Shown one piece after another: positions 27,693 to 41,048 of a stretch of DNA of 64,000 bases. Made by a program: the position numbers and the translations under genes. The stretch is from contig OX597818.1 of assembly GCA_951406725.2 (NCBI GenBank), positions 17,298,001-17,362,000 of the forward strand. Reading direction: 5' to 3'. This DNA comes from Octopus vulgaris (taxonomy: Eukaryota). Under the pieces are notes generated by a model. That model saw only the letters and a program-made list of their open reading frames with translations, was not told where the DNA came from and made no database searches. Position 1 is the first letter of the stretch, and every line of letters begins with the position of its first letter.

Positions 27693-28609
27693 ATGTGTAT
27701 ACACATGCGCGCTGGCGCACACACATGCGCACAAAAAAGAAAGAAACGCATCTCCGATAATGGCCATAGTGAACAACTATTGAAAACATTGCAAGAAGCA
27801 ACGAAAATTTTAGAAGAAAAAAAAAATGAGTGGAAATCGAACCGGTGAGTGTTAATAGGACATCAAAACAATGATTCTCCCCAGACACAACAAAACTAAA
27901 TGAAAGTTCTGGGAAAATTATTCCTGGTCTATTTTGCGCATTTGACGATACTTGATCTTCAATTGTCTCCTTCATCTATGAGCAAGAAGTATGCTACTCG
28001 TAGATATAGATTGTTACTATGTATCCCTATTAAATTTGTGTGTGCACTTTAATAGCATTATTATATTGTTTTTGTTCGTCTTATAGTTGTATCTTCGTGC
28101 CACCAGGCTATTCGCCCAAGGAAAGCTATTTGTATTTTCGCTTATTGTAATACTTAAGTTCAATAAATTATAGTACATATGTTTTTAGTTTTCCCTTAAC
28201 TTTTCCCTAACCTTCGCAAGAATGAAAAAGCAAGGTTGACATCCGTGGGACTTGAACCCAGAACATAAACAGCTTTAAGTAAATACTGCAAATCTCCAAT
28301 GATTCTGTCAATCCATCATTCTTTAAAAATCCTATTAATAATGATTGCAAATATAAGCACAAAACTACGATTTTGTGGGAAGGATACAGTCCAGTCGATT
28401 TACTCAGCTTCAGCACTTGACTGGCGGTTTATTGATTCCGTAACGGTTAAGTCGGCCTAGACAGGTGTTGAGCAATACGCTGTTTGTCTGGTTCTCTGAG
28501 AGTGGGCCATACACGACCATAGCAGCAATAATGATTTCTAACATAGGCACAAAGCCTCAAATTTTGGAGTGAGTAAAAGTTGACAAATACCAACTCCATT
28601 ACTTGAATG

Positions 28610-28787
28610 CAAGCCCATCGCTAAAGGGGTGCACTGGACGGTACTTCCCCTGACTATTCAATGGTGCACCCTCAGATTTACATTGAGTTTCTTATTTCGA
28701 AACTCCACTTTAGCATTATTACACCCTAGTGCCCACCCAGAATATTCTGAAAAATCTCCCAGGTACCAAAGTCTAGTGACAGGCCTG
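28610..28787. mobile_element. Decayed MITE
   Basis: caagcccatcgcta / tagtgacaggcctg imperfect TIRs. Confidence 0.5.
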
Positions 28788-28963
28788 CTTCAATGGTAAT
28801 TTATCTTATCAATGCCGGAAAAAATAAAAATAAACCTCTAAACTCAGTACGTAAAGATAAGTAACCCCAATAATACTCAAATCATTTTGTTTGATGTTCT
28901 ATCGATTTTTACCAATCTACAGACAAATGATGGCAACTACAATATCTGGATGCAGAAACTTAC

Positions 28964-29084
28964 CTGAACCTCCAACCAGGTCTGTCTGTAGCAGCTGTTT
29001 AGCTTTAATGATGTCCACATTTAGTCTCCCAGCACTTGGCAAATAATTGAGTGAGAGAAGGATTTCACCTAGGTCGTGTCTCTC
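28964..29084 (-). CDS. SYT17: Synaptotagmin-17 exon (start of C2B); absent from the ORF track
   Basis: tctcAG|GAG...TCAG|GTAAGT; 121 nt, phase 0/1; ERHDLGEILLSLNYLPSAGRLNVDIIKAKQLLQTDLVGGS. In frame with both flanking exons. Confidence 0.93.
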
Positions 29085-29339
29085 CTGAGATCATCACAGC
29101 AAATTGTTGACAGCAATGAATTATTTGAAAATAGAAGGTAGAATTTATAGATTACACATGGAATAAAAAAAAAAACTATATGTAAACTTCATTATATGCT
29201 GTACACTTCAGTATAAAATTATTGTTTATAAATCTTTACACACACAAAGGCATACATATATATATTACCGCAATAACACGCACAAATACATACAAATATA
29301 TTACCGCAAGAACAGTTAACTGTATCTGACATAAAGACA

Positions 29340-29745
29340 ATTCACCAAGAAATTATGCACCAAGAAAGGAAAAGAAACAAGTATCATGATCAGATAGAAG
29401 ACTGCTGCAAGAGTTGATGGAGAACAAGGTTTTTGCCGGTGGAGCTTGGCAATGGAGGATTTGCAGGTCATACTCTGAGTAAGGTGTATGGAAGTCTTGG
29501 ATGTTCAGAAACTCGCAGAAAAAGTACCATCAAGAACAACGTAGAGGTTGTTGAGCTGCTGAAGAAATGTCTTGGTAGCTCTGGCTGCAAAAAAGGTAAT
29601 CGATGGGGTCAGCAGAATGCCGCTTGGGTACAGACCTAAGTTCGATTAACTTAGTTCAGGTCGACTGGATAAGGGTGTATATTGTAAGAGCCGAAACAGT
29701 CAGTGACTCCAGGATACTGACGATGAATCCAAGCATCGCATTTAT
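29340..29745 (+). mobile_element. 3' end of a Hero-like restriction-like-endonuclease non-LTR retrotransposon (decayed)
   Basis: PVELGNGGFAGHTLSKVYGSLG...TIKNNVE resembles PVEVGCRGF..SL...LG; the 3' UTR gggtgt...ccgaaac...tgactccagg...actgacgatg resembles remembered Hero UTRs. Confidence 0.5.
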
Positions 29746-29779
29746 TCTTTTATTCTTTTACTAGTTTCAGTCATCAGAC

Positions 29780-30100
29780 TAAGGCTATACTAAGAAATCT
29801 AACTCTTTAATTGCTATATAGAGCAAGATAAAGCAGTGGTATTTCTCCTAATTGCATGTTTAAAAGAGGATTTATAATTCATGTACTGACTTTTAAAGAT
29901 CTTTCACATATACCAATGTAGGATTTAGTTTGTGATAGACGAGAATGGTGGACTTTCACTTGGTAATTTAATGGTTCTGCATTATGTTTATCATTAGGAG
30001 AACATAATTCTCCAAATTTACAAATAATTATCTTCCCTATATGTAACAAATTCATTATATATATATATTTATAGCTATTGTAGTGCAAAGCGTTAGTTCT
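29780..30100 (-). mobile_element. Degenerate Penelope-like GIY-YIG endonuclease fragment
   Basis: CSPNDKHNAEPLNYQVKVHHSRLSQTKSYIGICERSLK resembles the Penelope CPL..C....VIYQA.V...K.YIG.CE..FK motif. Confidence 0.55.
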
Positions 30101-30599
30101 CTAAACGTACAAGATAAGCTTTTCCTGATTTTATATAATTTGTCTCGACTAATGATCTCTGAGCAATCTCGTCGTCTTTGCGCAGTCTAACGTTTACGAT
30201 TTTAAATTTCGATATTTAAAAATTCTGATAATAGCAAAACAGTAGAATAATCACTGTAGCTAGCTGGTTCTGTAGTATTAGAGAGTAAAGTTAATGTAAA
30301 TCCACTGAGTTCGATATCGTCAAATTTTATCTGTCCATTTACAAAATCTTCCTCATTAAAGCACTACAGTTTGGAAAAAAATACACAGGCCAAAGATACA
30401 CAGGTAAAAAAAATTCCTTCTTTTAATAAGGTCAACAATCTTTTGACGTCACTATGATAAGATTGAGTGAAGGCATATTTGCGAGATCGGTGCATTGTAT
30501 AAATTACATATATAACGTGACAATATCACTCAAAAAATTAAAATTTAAAACATTAGGCATAGGACAGCACAGAGACGATAGCTTGGCTGCCTCATATAT

Positions 30600-31240
30600 T
30601 ATTAGCATTGATGGACGCCATTTTAATAATAAAATAATAATTGGTAATCTATGACTAAACGGTGCAGTATTATAGTTAATCTTTTAGACACTATTTTAGA
30701 TTTAGACACAAGCACAGAAAACCAACTAAAAAACTTGTGTGTGTGTGTGTGTGTATCTGTGCGTGTGTACGCGTGCGCTAACATACATTCATATATACGT
30801 GCGCATATATATATAAATGCAAACGCGCGCACACACATATATCGACAAAAATTCTACCGAACCCCTATTGTCTTTATGAAATTTGTCAGCAACATATTTA
30901 AACGAATTTATGACATATCCCCAGATAAAACCACATTTAACGGAGCAGATAGTTATTACAACGAAATATTAGATAATAATTGTGCCAGGGAAATAACTAG
31001 CTTCATAAAACCAAGAAGAAAAGTAGAAGAATCTATGAATGAAGAAATTAAACACCAAAGGAAGCGTAAGTGCATCCGAAAGAGGTTTTGCTTTAGCACC
31101 CCAATTACAGTCAACGTCATTTCTTAGTTAAAATCATTCTAAAATTAATTTGCGAAATTCTTTTCCTACCAAAAGCAAATTACACAATCTTTTCAAAGGA
31201 AACAACTTTAAAGTGACTGGCCATCTACGCAGCATGCTTC
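30600..31240 (+). mobile_element. Degenerate Penelope-like RT thumb and linker fragment
   Basis: PIVFMKFVSNIFKRIYDISPDKTTFNGADSYYNEIL...KRKCIRKRFCFSTPITVNV...FPTKSKLHNLFKGNNFKV resembles the Penelope/Poseidon NISKRIS..S....F..A..YYN.AL...WFNPPF..NV...FP...KLHKIFN.NN.K pattern. Confidence 0.65.
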
Positions 31241-31329
31241 ATGTATACATATTAACGATAGGCCAGTTACAGCAGTATTTGTCCCGAGATAACATCTCTT
31301 CTGAACTTGCTGAGTTAAAAACAAAATAT

Positions 31330-31382
<53 letters not shown>

Positions 31383-32199
31383 AGATTCGTCCCATCTGTG
31401 GTCAGCTAGAGCGCCAGATATATTCTGGCCATCTGGAGATTGTAAATGGCTTGTATTCACAGCCAGCAACATGCTCGGACAAGAATTATTTACCGATTTC
31501 TATATCACATATGACGAATTCTCGTCTGAGCAAGTAACTGGCTGCAAGTACTTGCTATTTATTTACGTTAACCATCTAGTATTAGCTTCTCATATAACAC
31601 TTGCTCACGCTAAACTTCTTTCTTCTATATAGATTTTTTAATAAAATATATTATACTACGTACTGATTTCAACGGTTAGTTTTAATTTAAATTTGGTATT
31701 GTCTTCCCATTGGACATTTCTATTACTTACTTGCCCTACGCCACATATATGGAGCTATAATTCTAATTTCCGTACTCATCTTTAGAGGGAACGTTTCCGA
31801 TACCTCTTTACTTATATCTTCAAATAACCGTTGAAGCCGTTAGTTATGGTTCAATATCCGACATGACTCCGATCCCTTTCTCTCATAGATACCAATAAGA
31901 CCCTTCTAGATCCAATTTTCTCTGCTGTATTTCTTTTTAAGTTTCTTGTATTATGGTTTCTTTCTTTCCTGAACAGAAGAGTACGCTGATATTGATTTAA
32001 TTTAATTCAGCCACAAATTAATATTTTTATTATATCTCTGTAAGAAACGATCGTCTGCAAGAATTAAACTCCTAAATTTTAACAATTTGTTTCCTACATT
32101 CTTAACTAAATTGATGAGATTTATGGTACTTCATTCCATAAATTCATCATACATTAAATATATACGTGTGTGTGTGTGTGTGTGTGTGTGTATGTTTAA

Positions 32200-32519
32200 A
32201 AAGACTCCGCCGGTTACGACGACGAGGGTCCCAGCTGATACGATCAACGGAACAGCTTGCTCGTGAAATTAACGTGCAAATGGCTGAGCATTCCACAGAC
32301 ACGTGTACCCTTAACGTAGTTCTCGGATAATCAGTGTGACACAGAGAGTGACAAGGCTGACCCTTTGAAATACAAGTACAACTCATTTTTGCCAGCTGAG
32401 TGGACTGGAGCAACGTGAAATAAAGTGTCTTGCTCAAGGACACAACGCGTCGCCGGGAATCGAACTCACAACCTTACGATCATGAGCCGAATGCCCTAAC
32501 CACTAAGCCACGCGCCCTC
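32200..32519 (-). mobile_element. tRNA-derived SINE (family C); relatives at about 9515-9777, 41920-42020 and 44720-45046
   Basis: Head gcgtggcttagtggttaggg (A-box) ... gagttcgattccc (B-box); core tgtgtccttgagcaagacacttta. Confidence 0.85.
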
Positions 32520-32561
32520 ATGTATGTTTATATGCATATATGTATATATATATTATTACAA

Positions 32562-32594
<33 letters not shown>

Positions 32595-32598
<4 letters not shown>

Positions 32599-33452
32599 GG
32601 GCATGAATAAATTGTCGTCTAAATGACGAAAAAATGGAAATAATACTGACATCTCATTTTAACAGATATATTTACCAAAATTACGAAAAAATATTTTGAA
32701 ATACTAAAGAGTAATTTAATTCAATAAACACGCCATTGGCTTCAACCACGGCCTCCAGACGACTTCGGAATCTCCTGCAACTCTTCTGGACAGTCTCTAT
32801 GCTTGAGTTGGTGAATGGTGCCATAATCCTTGCCTTCAGTTCATCTTTGGTGTTACGAGGTGTTGTTGATCTCTCGCTCAACTGCACCCCACATATGATA
32901 ACCAAGGGGATTGTAGTCTGGGAAGTTAGGTGGCCAGATGTTAGGAGTGATGTGGTTGCAGAAATTGTTTGATAGCCATGACTGGGTTCTCCTGCTTGTA
33001 TGGCATGGTGCAGAGTCATATTGCCTGACATAGGGTCTTCCAAGCAGCCACCCTCTTGAACAAGGGCAGCACAACCTCATCCAGACACTTGATGTAGGCC
33101 TCCGTGTTGAGTCTGAGGCCATGTAGCAAGATGAAGGAAGCATAACGTCGCCATCGCTAGTGATCACCCCAAACACCATGCTGTTGGCTGGATGTTTGAT
33201 TTTTATCACTCTCGGTACATATCCTCAGATTGACACCCACTCTGAAATGTTCACATTGGAGCTTCCGGCACGAATGACAAGCTGTACAGTCGTTTTCAAA
33301 TTTCTAACAAAGTGAAATGCATCGTGGTGCTGTTTTTCTCACATGTGGTGCCCAACTGACCCTACTATACTGTGTAGCCGACAAAATCAAAAACAAAGTG
33401 CATGCGAGAAATTAAAATTATAAAATGACGACAATTGAACCATCGCACTCTG
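32595..33452 (-). mobile_element. maT/DD37D-type Tc1/mariner element, internally deleted
   Basis: TA-flanked ends cagagggcatgaataaattgtcgtc / gacgacaattgaaccatcgcactctg; MVFGVITSDG; DSAPCHTSRRTQSWL...WPPNFPDYNPL(G), with 37 residues between the second D and the third catalytic position. Confidence 0.88.
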
Positions 33453-33653
33453 TATATGTGTGTATGTGTGTGTGTGTGCATGTGCGTGTGTGCGTACATG
33501 TGAGTATGTGTGTGTGTGCGCGCTTTGTATAAATGTGTATATATGTATGTACATATATATAAATGTATGTGTGTGTATGCGTATATATGTGAGTGAATGC
33601 ACATACATACACATATATATTGCATTTTATATTATATTTTGCTATATATATGC

Positions 33654-33702
<49 letters not shown>

Positions 33703-33876
33703 TACATACACACATATATATATATATATACACACACACACATATATATATATACATATATATATATAGGTATATATGTATATATATATATGCATATACA
33801 GATATATATGTTTATATGCATGTGTATTTATGTATGCATGTATTTACACATATGCATGTGTGAGTTTGTATATATG

Positions 33877-33908
<32 letters not shown>

Positions 33909-33945
33909 AATATATATATGTATGCATGTACATATATATATGTAC

Positions 33946-34039
<94 letters not shown>

Positions 34040-35063
34040 ACATGCATACATATATATGCGCAGTATTTCACATTCAAACATGACTAAAATGTCAGCTAAT
34101 TCAAATGACTAACTTTGAAATATTGCCGTTGTCTTTCCTGTACGGAAACTGTGTCCACTGGCCAAGCGTACACAGCAGGAGGGAAATAATATAATACGTC
34201 TACTTTGATAGTATAGATGGGGAATAAATGAACGAATGAATTATAAAGAGAGGGAGAAGTGGTGGGAGGAAATTATGATATAACTACGCACTCTGCACCA
34301 CTGACCACTACAAATCACTAACCACTATCACCACCACCGCCATTACTCTATCTACCGACAGGCTGACTCCAGTAATATTGCACAGTTAACACGATAATGC
34401 ATATCACTGCAAATAGACGGCTATTTTGAGAGCAAACATGACAGGGAAATACCATCAAGAGACGGCGACTGAAATTAATGTCATAATATATTGCACTGGT
34501 GATAGAGACACTTAGTAAAAACCACCCGCCACTGTAATGTCGGACGTTGTCATATCCCACACCACTGCATCTAACCACCACATTCGTACATCCTCCTCTC
34601 TGGTCACTAGTAATACCGCCGAAAAGCAACTACCAACACAGTATCACTTGCAGCCGTTAATGCATTTGGTACAACCTGCTGCTTTTAAGTGGTTACTCGA
34701 ACTGGTAGAAATAGCAACTAAATCTCCCTCTCAGATCACACTCCGCTGCGTTAGAAAACAAAGGGAGGGTTGGATAATGTGTGAAACCAGCTTTCCTACA
34801 CATCTTTTTATCTTTTCATCCTTTTACTTGTTTCAGGCATTAGACTGCGGCCATGCTGGGGCACCAGCATGAAGAATGTTTTAATCGAATGTATCGACCC
34901 CCCCCCCCACAACCAGTACAAATTTTTCTTTTTATAGCTTGATATTTTTTTCTATCGGTCTCTTTCTGTTGAATCGCTAAGTTACGGGGATGTAAACAGA
35001 CCAACACCGGTTGTCAAGCGGTGGGAAGGGGACAAATCCCCCCCATATATATATATATATATA

Positions 35064-35764
35064 TGAGAGAAGTCAAAAATTATCCGCACTTTCGCGCTAA
35101 CATGTCTTTATTATTGTCACGCTGTCTTCTGCGCATGCGTGCTTATAGTTGGGGCTATTGTGGTCACATGATCGAAGTTCGAGCCTGATCGTGCCATTTT
35201 TCTTTCTGGCTTTACAGTGTAAGCATGGCCGCTCCACTAGCAATGTGCACCAAAGAAGAACAAAGAGCAATGGTCCGTTTTTTTCTGGAAAAGAGGTATA
35301 TGATCAGCAGTGATTTGCTGGCCAAAAACTGAAGCCAGCAATTCACGCCAAATGCCGAAGCCTATTGTCGAAGAAAGTTTTGTCGTTGCATGACAATGCA
35401 CAGCCACACACGGCCGTCCAGACCATTGAAACCATTAACCAATTGGGTTTTGGGGTGCTGAAACACCCTGCCTACAGCCCAGATTTCGCCCATTCCGACT
35501 ATTATATCTTTGGACAGCTCAAAGCTGGTTTACGAGGTCGTAGATTTCCTACGGATGAAGATGTGAAGGATGCAGTGTATAAATGGATGCACGACCAATC
35601 GAAACCCTTCTTCTTGGAGGGAATCCGCAAACTTGTGAACCACTGGACCAAGTGCATCGAAATGGAAGGAGACTATATAGAAAAATGACGTATTTGTTTA
35701 TCCCCTGCTATGGTGTAAGTACATTGGAAAGACATGAGTGCGTATAATTTTTTACCCTCCCTTG
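35064..35764 (+). mobile_element. Internally deleted mariner (DD34D) element
   Basis: LHDNAQPHTA...LKHPAYSPDFAHSDYYIFGQLK...GIRKLVNHWTKCIEMEGDYIEK; TIR-like aaaaattatccgcact / agtgcgtataattttt. Confidence 0.88.
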
Positions 35765-36686
35765 TGCATATATACAACTTATAGTTTCTTTTAGTTTCCG
35801 TCTACCAAATCCACCCACAAGGCTTTAGTCGGCCCGAAGCTAATGTAGAAGACACTGAACCCGGAGCCATGTAGTTGGGAAGTAAGCTTCTTAACACACA
35901 GCCACGCCTACTGGAAAAAAGACAGTATGGTCAAGGGTGGAATATCTTTGACCATAGGTTTGGTCGACCAGACCTGACCTGAAGTTAAACAACAAGAACA
36001 ACAATAAGCCATTGCTTTGATAAGACGTCATCATACAACCACTCTACAACAGTTACCACCACACAACTACAACTGGAACCACACCATGCAACCAACACAC
36101 AACAATTACTACAGCCAGCGTACCACAACACTACAGCCAACTTACAACACCCCTACCACAAACATACCTCACTACTACAACCAAGACATTATATCTCTAC
36201 AGCCAATACACCTCATCGATATAGCTCTCCCAATACTATCACCATTATCGCTAGGCAATACCGCAGCTACTAAAGTACAATTAAAGGTTACAGAAGCCAC
36301 AACGTTACTCGACAAATCACCAGACTGGTATCACCAACACTACCACCACCAACACCACCACCACAACCACCACAACCACAATCACCACCACCACCACCGC
36401 CATCAATATCACCATCAGACAAGGATGTGGATAAAGACTGGCCTCTAGACACGAACTACATCGCCCCCCCATCCCTAAAGGGCCTTGAACCTTTGCGATT
36501 TGGCAAAAGAGACCGATAGAATAAGTATCAGGCTTTCAAAAATAATAAATACTGTGGTCGATTCATTCGACTAAAAAGTTTTCAAGGCGATACCCCAGCA
36601 TGGCCACAGTCTAATGACTGAAACAAGTAAAAGGTAAAAGATAGTAAGTATGGTGGTAGTTACAGTAATGTAGTAGTAATTATATA

Positions 36687-37381
36687 TTTCTTTATTGCCC
36701 ACAAGGGGCTAAACATAGAGGGGACAAACAAGGACAAACAAACGGATTAAGTCGATTAGATCGATCCCAGTGCAAAACTGGTACTTTATTTATCGACCCC
36801 GAAAGGATGAAAGACAAAGTCGACCTCGGCGGAATTTGAACTCAGAACGTAATGGCAGACGAAATACCGCTAAGCATTTCGCCCGGCGTGCTAACGATTC
36901 TGCCAGCTCGCCACCTTGGTATCAATCGGTGACCTCCGTCTCTCATTATCTCTTTCTACTATAAGCACAAGGCTTGAAATTTTGCGGGGGTGGCCAAGTC
37001 AATTACATAGACCCCAGTACTTGACTGCTACTTATTTTATCGCCTCGAAAGGATGAAAGACAAAGTCGACCTCGGCGAAATTTGAACCCAAAACGTACAG
37101 ACAGATGAAATGCTGTAATTTATTTTGCTCAGCGTGCTAACGCTTCTTATTTCTTTATTGTCCACAAGGGGCTAAACACAGAGAGGACAAACAAGGACAG
37201 ACAAAGGGATTAAGTAGATTAAATCGACCCCAGTGCGTAACTGGTACTTAATTTATCGACCCCGAGAGGATGAAAGGCAAAGTCGACCTCGGTGGAATTT
37301 GAACCCAAGACATGCAGACAGACGAAATGCTGCAAAGCATTTTGCCCAGCGTGCTAACGCTTCTGCCAGCACGCCGCCTTT
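36687..37381 (-). mobile_element. Cluster of three family A SINEs
   Basis: Copies at about 36687-36917, 36950-37146 (headless) and 37148-37381. Confidence 0.88.
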
Positions 37382-38093
37382 ACGTCTGACATTAATGACA
37401 ATAAACGAATCTCGTAGTTGTTCGTAGCTGAACAGTTCGATGCGTTAACGTCAGTCTTTGCTAAACAAGTCGGAGTTGTAGGACGTCCCATTGTTGTTTG
37501 GGATGTTGTGGTATGCTTCTTGTATAGGACGTTCGATACAATTCTAGCCAGAGCAGTATGGTACGAAGGACAGAGAGTTACCCTTGCAGTAAGTCCCCCT
37601 TCCCTCTCTCTCCTTGCTACTAATGGATGCAAAAGAAAAAAAATGTCCGTTACACTTTGGCGTCAGCGCTGTTGCAGATGTTGCCAGTACAAGGTTGTAG
37701 ACAACATCGAACTACCCGAGGGAGCTCCATCTCCCGAAGCCTTTTCCATGACTGGCAATAGGCGCAAAACAGCAGAGATTCGGAATTAGGGTTTTCCTTC
37801 CCCTAGATAGGTTGCCATCTACCTAGTCTCCATCTGCCCAACTGCCTCACTTATTAACCCATAGTTACGACCCTTACAGGTGGTATTACTCTGTGTCCGA
37901 ATAGACCTGGATGCAATAGCGGCTAAGAGGTAATCCCGTACTCCTCAAAATAGGGTTCCACTGTTGGATGAAATTTGAAGTCATCATACTCAGTACTTTG
38001 TAGCGGTACAGTATTAAAAATAGTAAGATGCTAGAAGGTAAAGTAGTCTAGTAGTAGCTATAATGATGTAATGGTTAAGGCTAAAGGGATGTG

Positions 38094-38162
<69 letters not shown>

Positions 38163-38635
38163 AAGCAACTAGACGGGTAAGGGTGATTAGGTGATGGTCT
38201 AGGGCTTAGGGGCGAGAAGACCTTGGGAAAAAAAACTTTGGTCATCTTGATGTAGTCGAGGGCTCTTCCTTGACGCCCGACACCACTGGGAGGTGGCCCT
38301 CGAAGTCGCTGGAAATGGAGATCTCCAGATCCAAATTCTTGAACGGCAAAGGGATGTGATGGCAACTATAGTAGCGTTGTAGTGCTTATTGTAATGAGGT
38401 AGCAGTAATAGGGCTGTTGGGGTAATTATTATAGTGCTGTTTCAGCAACTATGTTTATAGTGCCGTTGTAATTAGGCCAGAAAGTGGAAGCTTGTAATTT
38501 TAAGAGATACTATGTCTAACTTTGTTAGAGAAAACGGAAGGGAAGTTTGGTAGGAAAAGTCTAACTTTTATAAATCTCTCCAATTTGTTTATCCTCATCT
38601 GTTATTAGTAAGTATATTATCATAAATACTACAAA

Positions 38636-38725
<90 letters not shown>

Positions 38726-38733
38726 CATATACA

Positions 38734-40022
38734 CAAGGTGCGATGGGTAAATTGTTGCCATTTTATATATTTTTGTGGGGTTGCGTCCTGAAGGACGACC
38801 TAGATAGATAGATTTATATTTTTGATTTGCCGCATGCGCATTGATTGCTTTTGTCGACTACACAATATAGTAGGGTCAGTTGAGCACTGTCTGTGAGAAA
38901 AACAGCATCATGACACAATTCACTCTGCCAGCAATTTGGAAACGACATGTTGTGCTACTTGGGATTTGCGCCAGAAGCTCCAATACTAACATTTCAGTGT
39001 TTGAGTGTCAATCTGAGGACAGTGCAAAGGATTCTATAAGAGTCTAATAGTGATTACGAAAGTACGGCAGCACGGAAAAATTACTCTGATCGTCCTGATT
39101 TGTTGGTGAGATCCAGACCATGATTGACAACAATCCTTCCAAGCCAATCAGGTCCATTCCCAGGGACATGAGAGTGTCTGAGTTTCTTATCAGGCAGGCG
39201 GCCCATAAAGACATTCGGTATTCCTCATACAAGATGAGAACGGATCACTTTTTATGCTAAGCCATCAAGGACCGCGCTACAAAGTTTTTGAACAAACTCA
39301 AGCAACCCCTCCAATCGAACATGCTTTGGCTTTTCTCAGACGAAAAAAATTCTGCCAGGATCAGATGGTGAACACACAGAACAACCGTGTCCCCAAAACA
39401 TTACCGAGAGTGATAAAAATCAAACATCCAATCAACATCATGGCGTTTGGAGTGATCACTAGTGGTGACGACGTTATGCCTCCATTCATCTTCCCACACG
39501 GCCTAAGACTCAACACGGAAGCCTACATTAAGTGCCTGGAGGAAGTTGTGCTGCCCTGGGTCAAGAGGGTAGCAGCTGGAACACCCTATGTTTGGCAACA
39601 GGATTCTGCACCATGCCACACAAGCAGGAGAACCCAGTCATGACTGTCAGACAATTTCTGCGACCACATCACTCCTAACATTTGGCCACCTAACTTCCCA
39701 GACTACAACCCCCTTGGTTATCATATGTGGGGTGCAGTTGAGCGAGAGATCAACAAAACTCCTTGTAAAACCAAAGATGAACTGAAGGCAAAGGTTATGG
39801 CAGCATTCACCAACTTAAGCAAGGAGACTGCCCAGAAGAGTTGCAGGAGATTCCGAAGTCGTCTGGAGGCCGTGGTTGATGCTAATAGTAATTTTTTTTT
39901 AAATAAATGTACTCTTTAGTATTTCGAGATATGTTATTTTGGTAAATATTTCTGTCAAAATGAGATGACCGTGTTATTTTCATTTCTGCGTAAGCTCGAT
40001 ACAATTTATTTATCGCCCCCTG
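38734..40022 (+). mobile_element. maT/DD37D-type Tc1/mariner element, near full length, pseudogenised
   Basis: FSDEKKF, MAFGVITSG, WQQDSAPCHTSRRTQS*; ends caaggtgcgatgggtaaattgt / acaatttatttatcgccccctg-TA. Confidence 0.9.
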
Positions 40023-40088
<66 letters not shown>

Positions 40089-40213
40089 TAAATTAGAGAT
40101 AAAACCACTATTAGGCAAATCATACAATGAAAAACTTAAGCCAATACATAAGATTATTTAATTTATATTATTTAAATATATAACAAAATTATTTTAAAAA
40201 ATATAATTAATAT

Positions 40214-40281
40214 AACACTACGATCGTTTCATGGCTGTTAATTTCTTTAAATTTTCAAGTTACAGTCATTCATCAGGTGGT
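40214..40281 (-). ncRNA. Minimal type I hammerhead ribozyme, tandem copy 1
   Basis: Minus strand: accac CTGATGA atgactgtaactt...aattaacagccat GAAAC gatc GTA gtgtt. Intact core, stem I cac/gtg, long stem II, palindromic loop 3, GUA triplet. Confidence 0.85.
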
Positions 40282-40376
40282 TTAAATATTTAACTTGGCG
40301 AGGTTTACTATAAAATTGGATTCAATCCTAAATCTGATTTTTCCCTGTAAGTTTGGATTTATTCCCTAATATTTAT

Positions 40377-40429
<53 letters not shown>

Positions 40430-40559
40430 TATATTAAATTAGAGATAAAACCACTATTAGGCAAATCATACAATGAAAAACTTAAGCCAATACATAAGAT
40501 TATTTAATTTATATTATTTAAATATATAACAAAATTATTAAAAAAAATATAATTAATAT

Positions 40560-40627
40560 AACACTACGATCGTTTCATGGCTGTTAATTTCTTTAAATTT
40601 TCAAGTTACAGTCATTCATCAGGTGGT
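40560..40627 (-). ncRNA. Minimal type I hammerhead ribozyme, tandem copy 2
   Basis: Same motif as copy 1, 346 nt away. Confidence 0.85.
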
Positions 40628-40885
40628 TTAAATATTTAACTTGGCGAGGTTTACTATAAAATTGGATTCAATCCTAAATCTGATTTTTCCCTGTAAGTTT
40701 GGATTTATTCCCTAATATTTATTATTATATATATATATATATATATATATTATATTATATTAAATTAGAGATAAAACCACTATTAGGCAAATCATACAAT
40801 GAAAAACTTAAGCCAATACATAAGATTATTTAATTTATATTATTTAAATATATAACAAAATTATTTAAAAAAATATAATTAATAT

Positions 40886-40953
40886 AACACTACGATCGTT
40901 TCATGGCTGTTAATTTCTTTAAATTTTCAAGTTACAGTCATTCATCAGGTGGT
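40886..40953 (-). ncRNA. Minimal type I hammerhead ribozyme, tandem copy 3
   Basis: Same motif, 326 nt from copy 2. Confidence 0.85.
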
Positions 40954-41048
40954 TTAAATATTCAACTTGGCGAGGTTTACTATAAAATTGGATTCAATCC
41001 TAAATCTGATTTTTCCCTGTAAGTTTGGATTTATTCCCTAATATTTAT

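Noticed and set aside
32440-32519. tRNA-like sequence
   Set aside because: SINE head with A and B boxes continuing into a SINE core; no complete cloverleaf.
36017-36448. Thr/His-rich 143-aa ORF (and the GT-rich tract at 18720-19300)
   Set aside because: Decayed CAC/CAA/TAG low-complexity sequence without splice or homology support.
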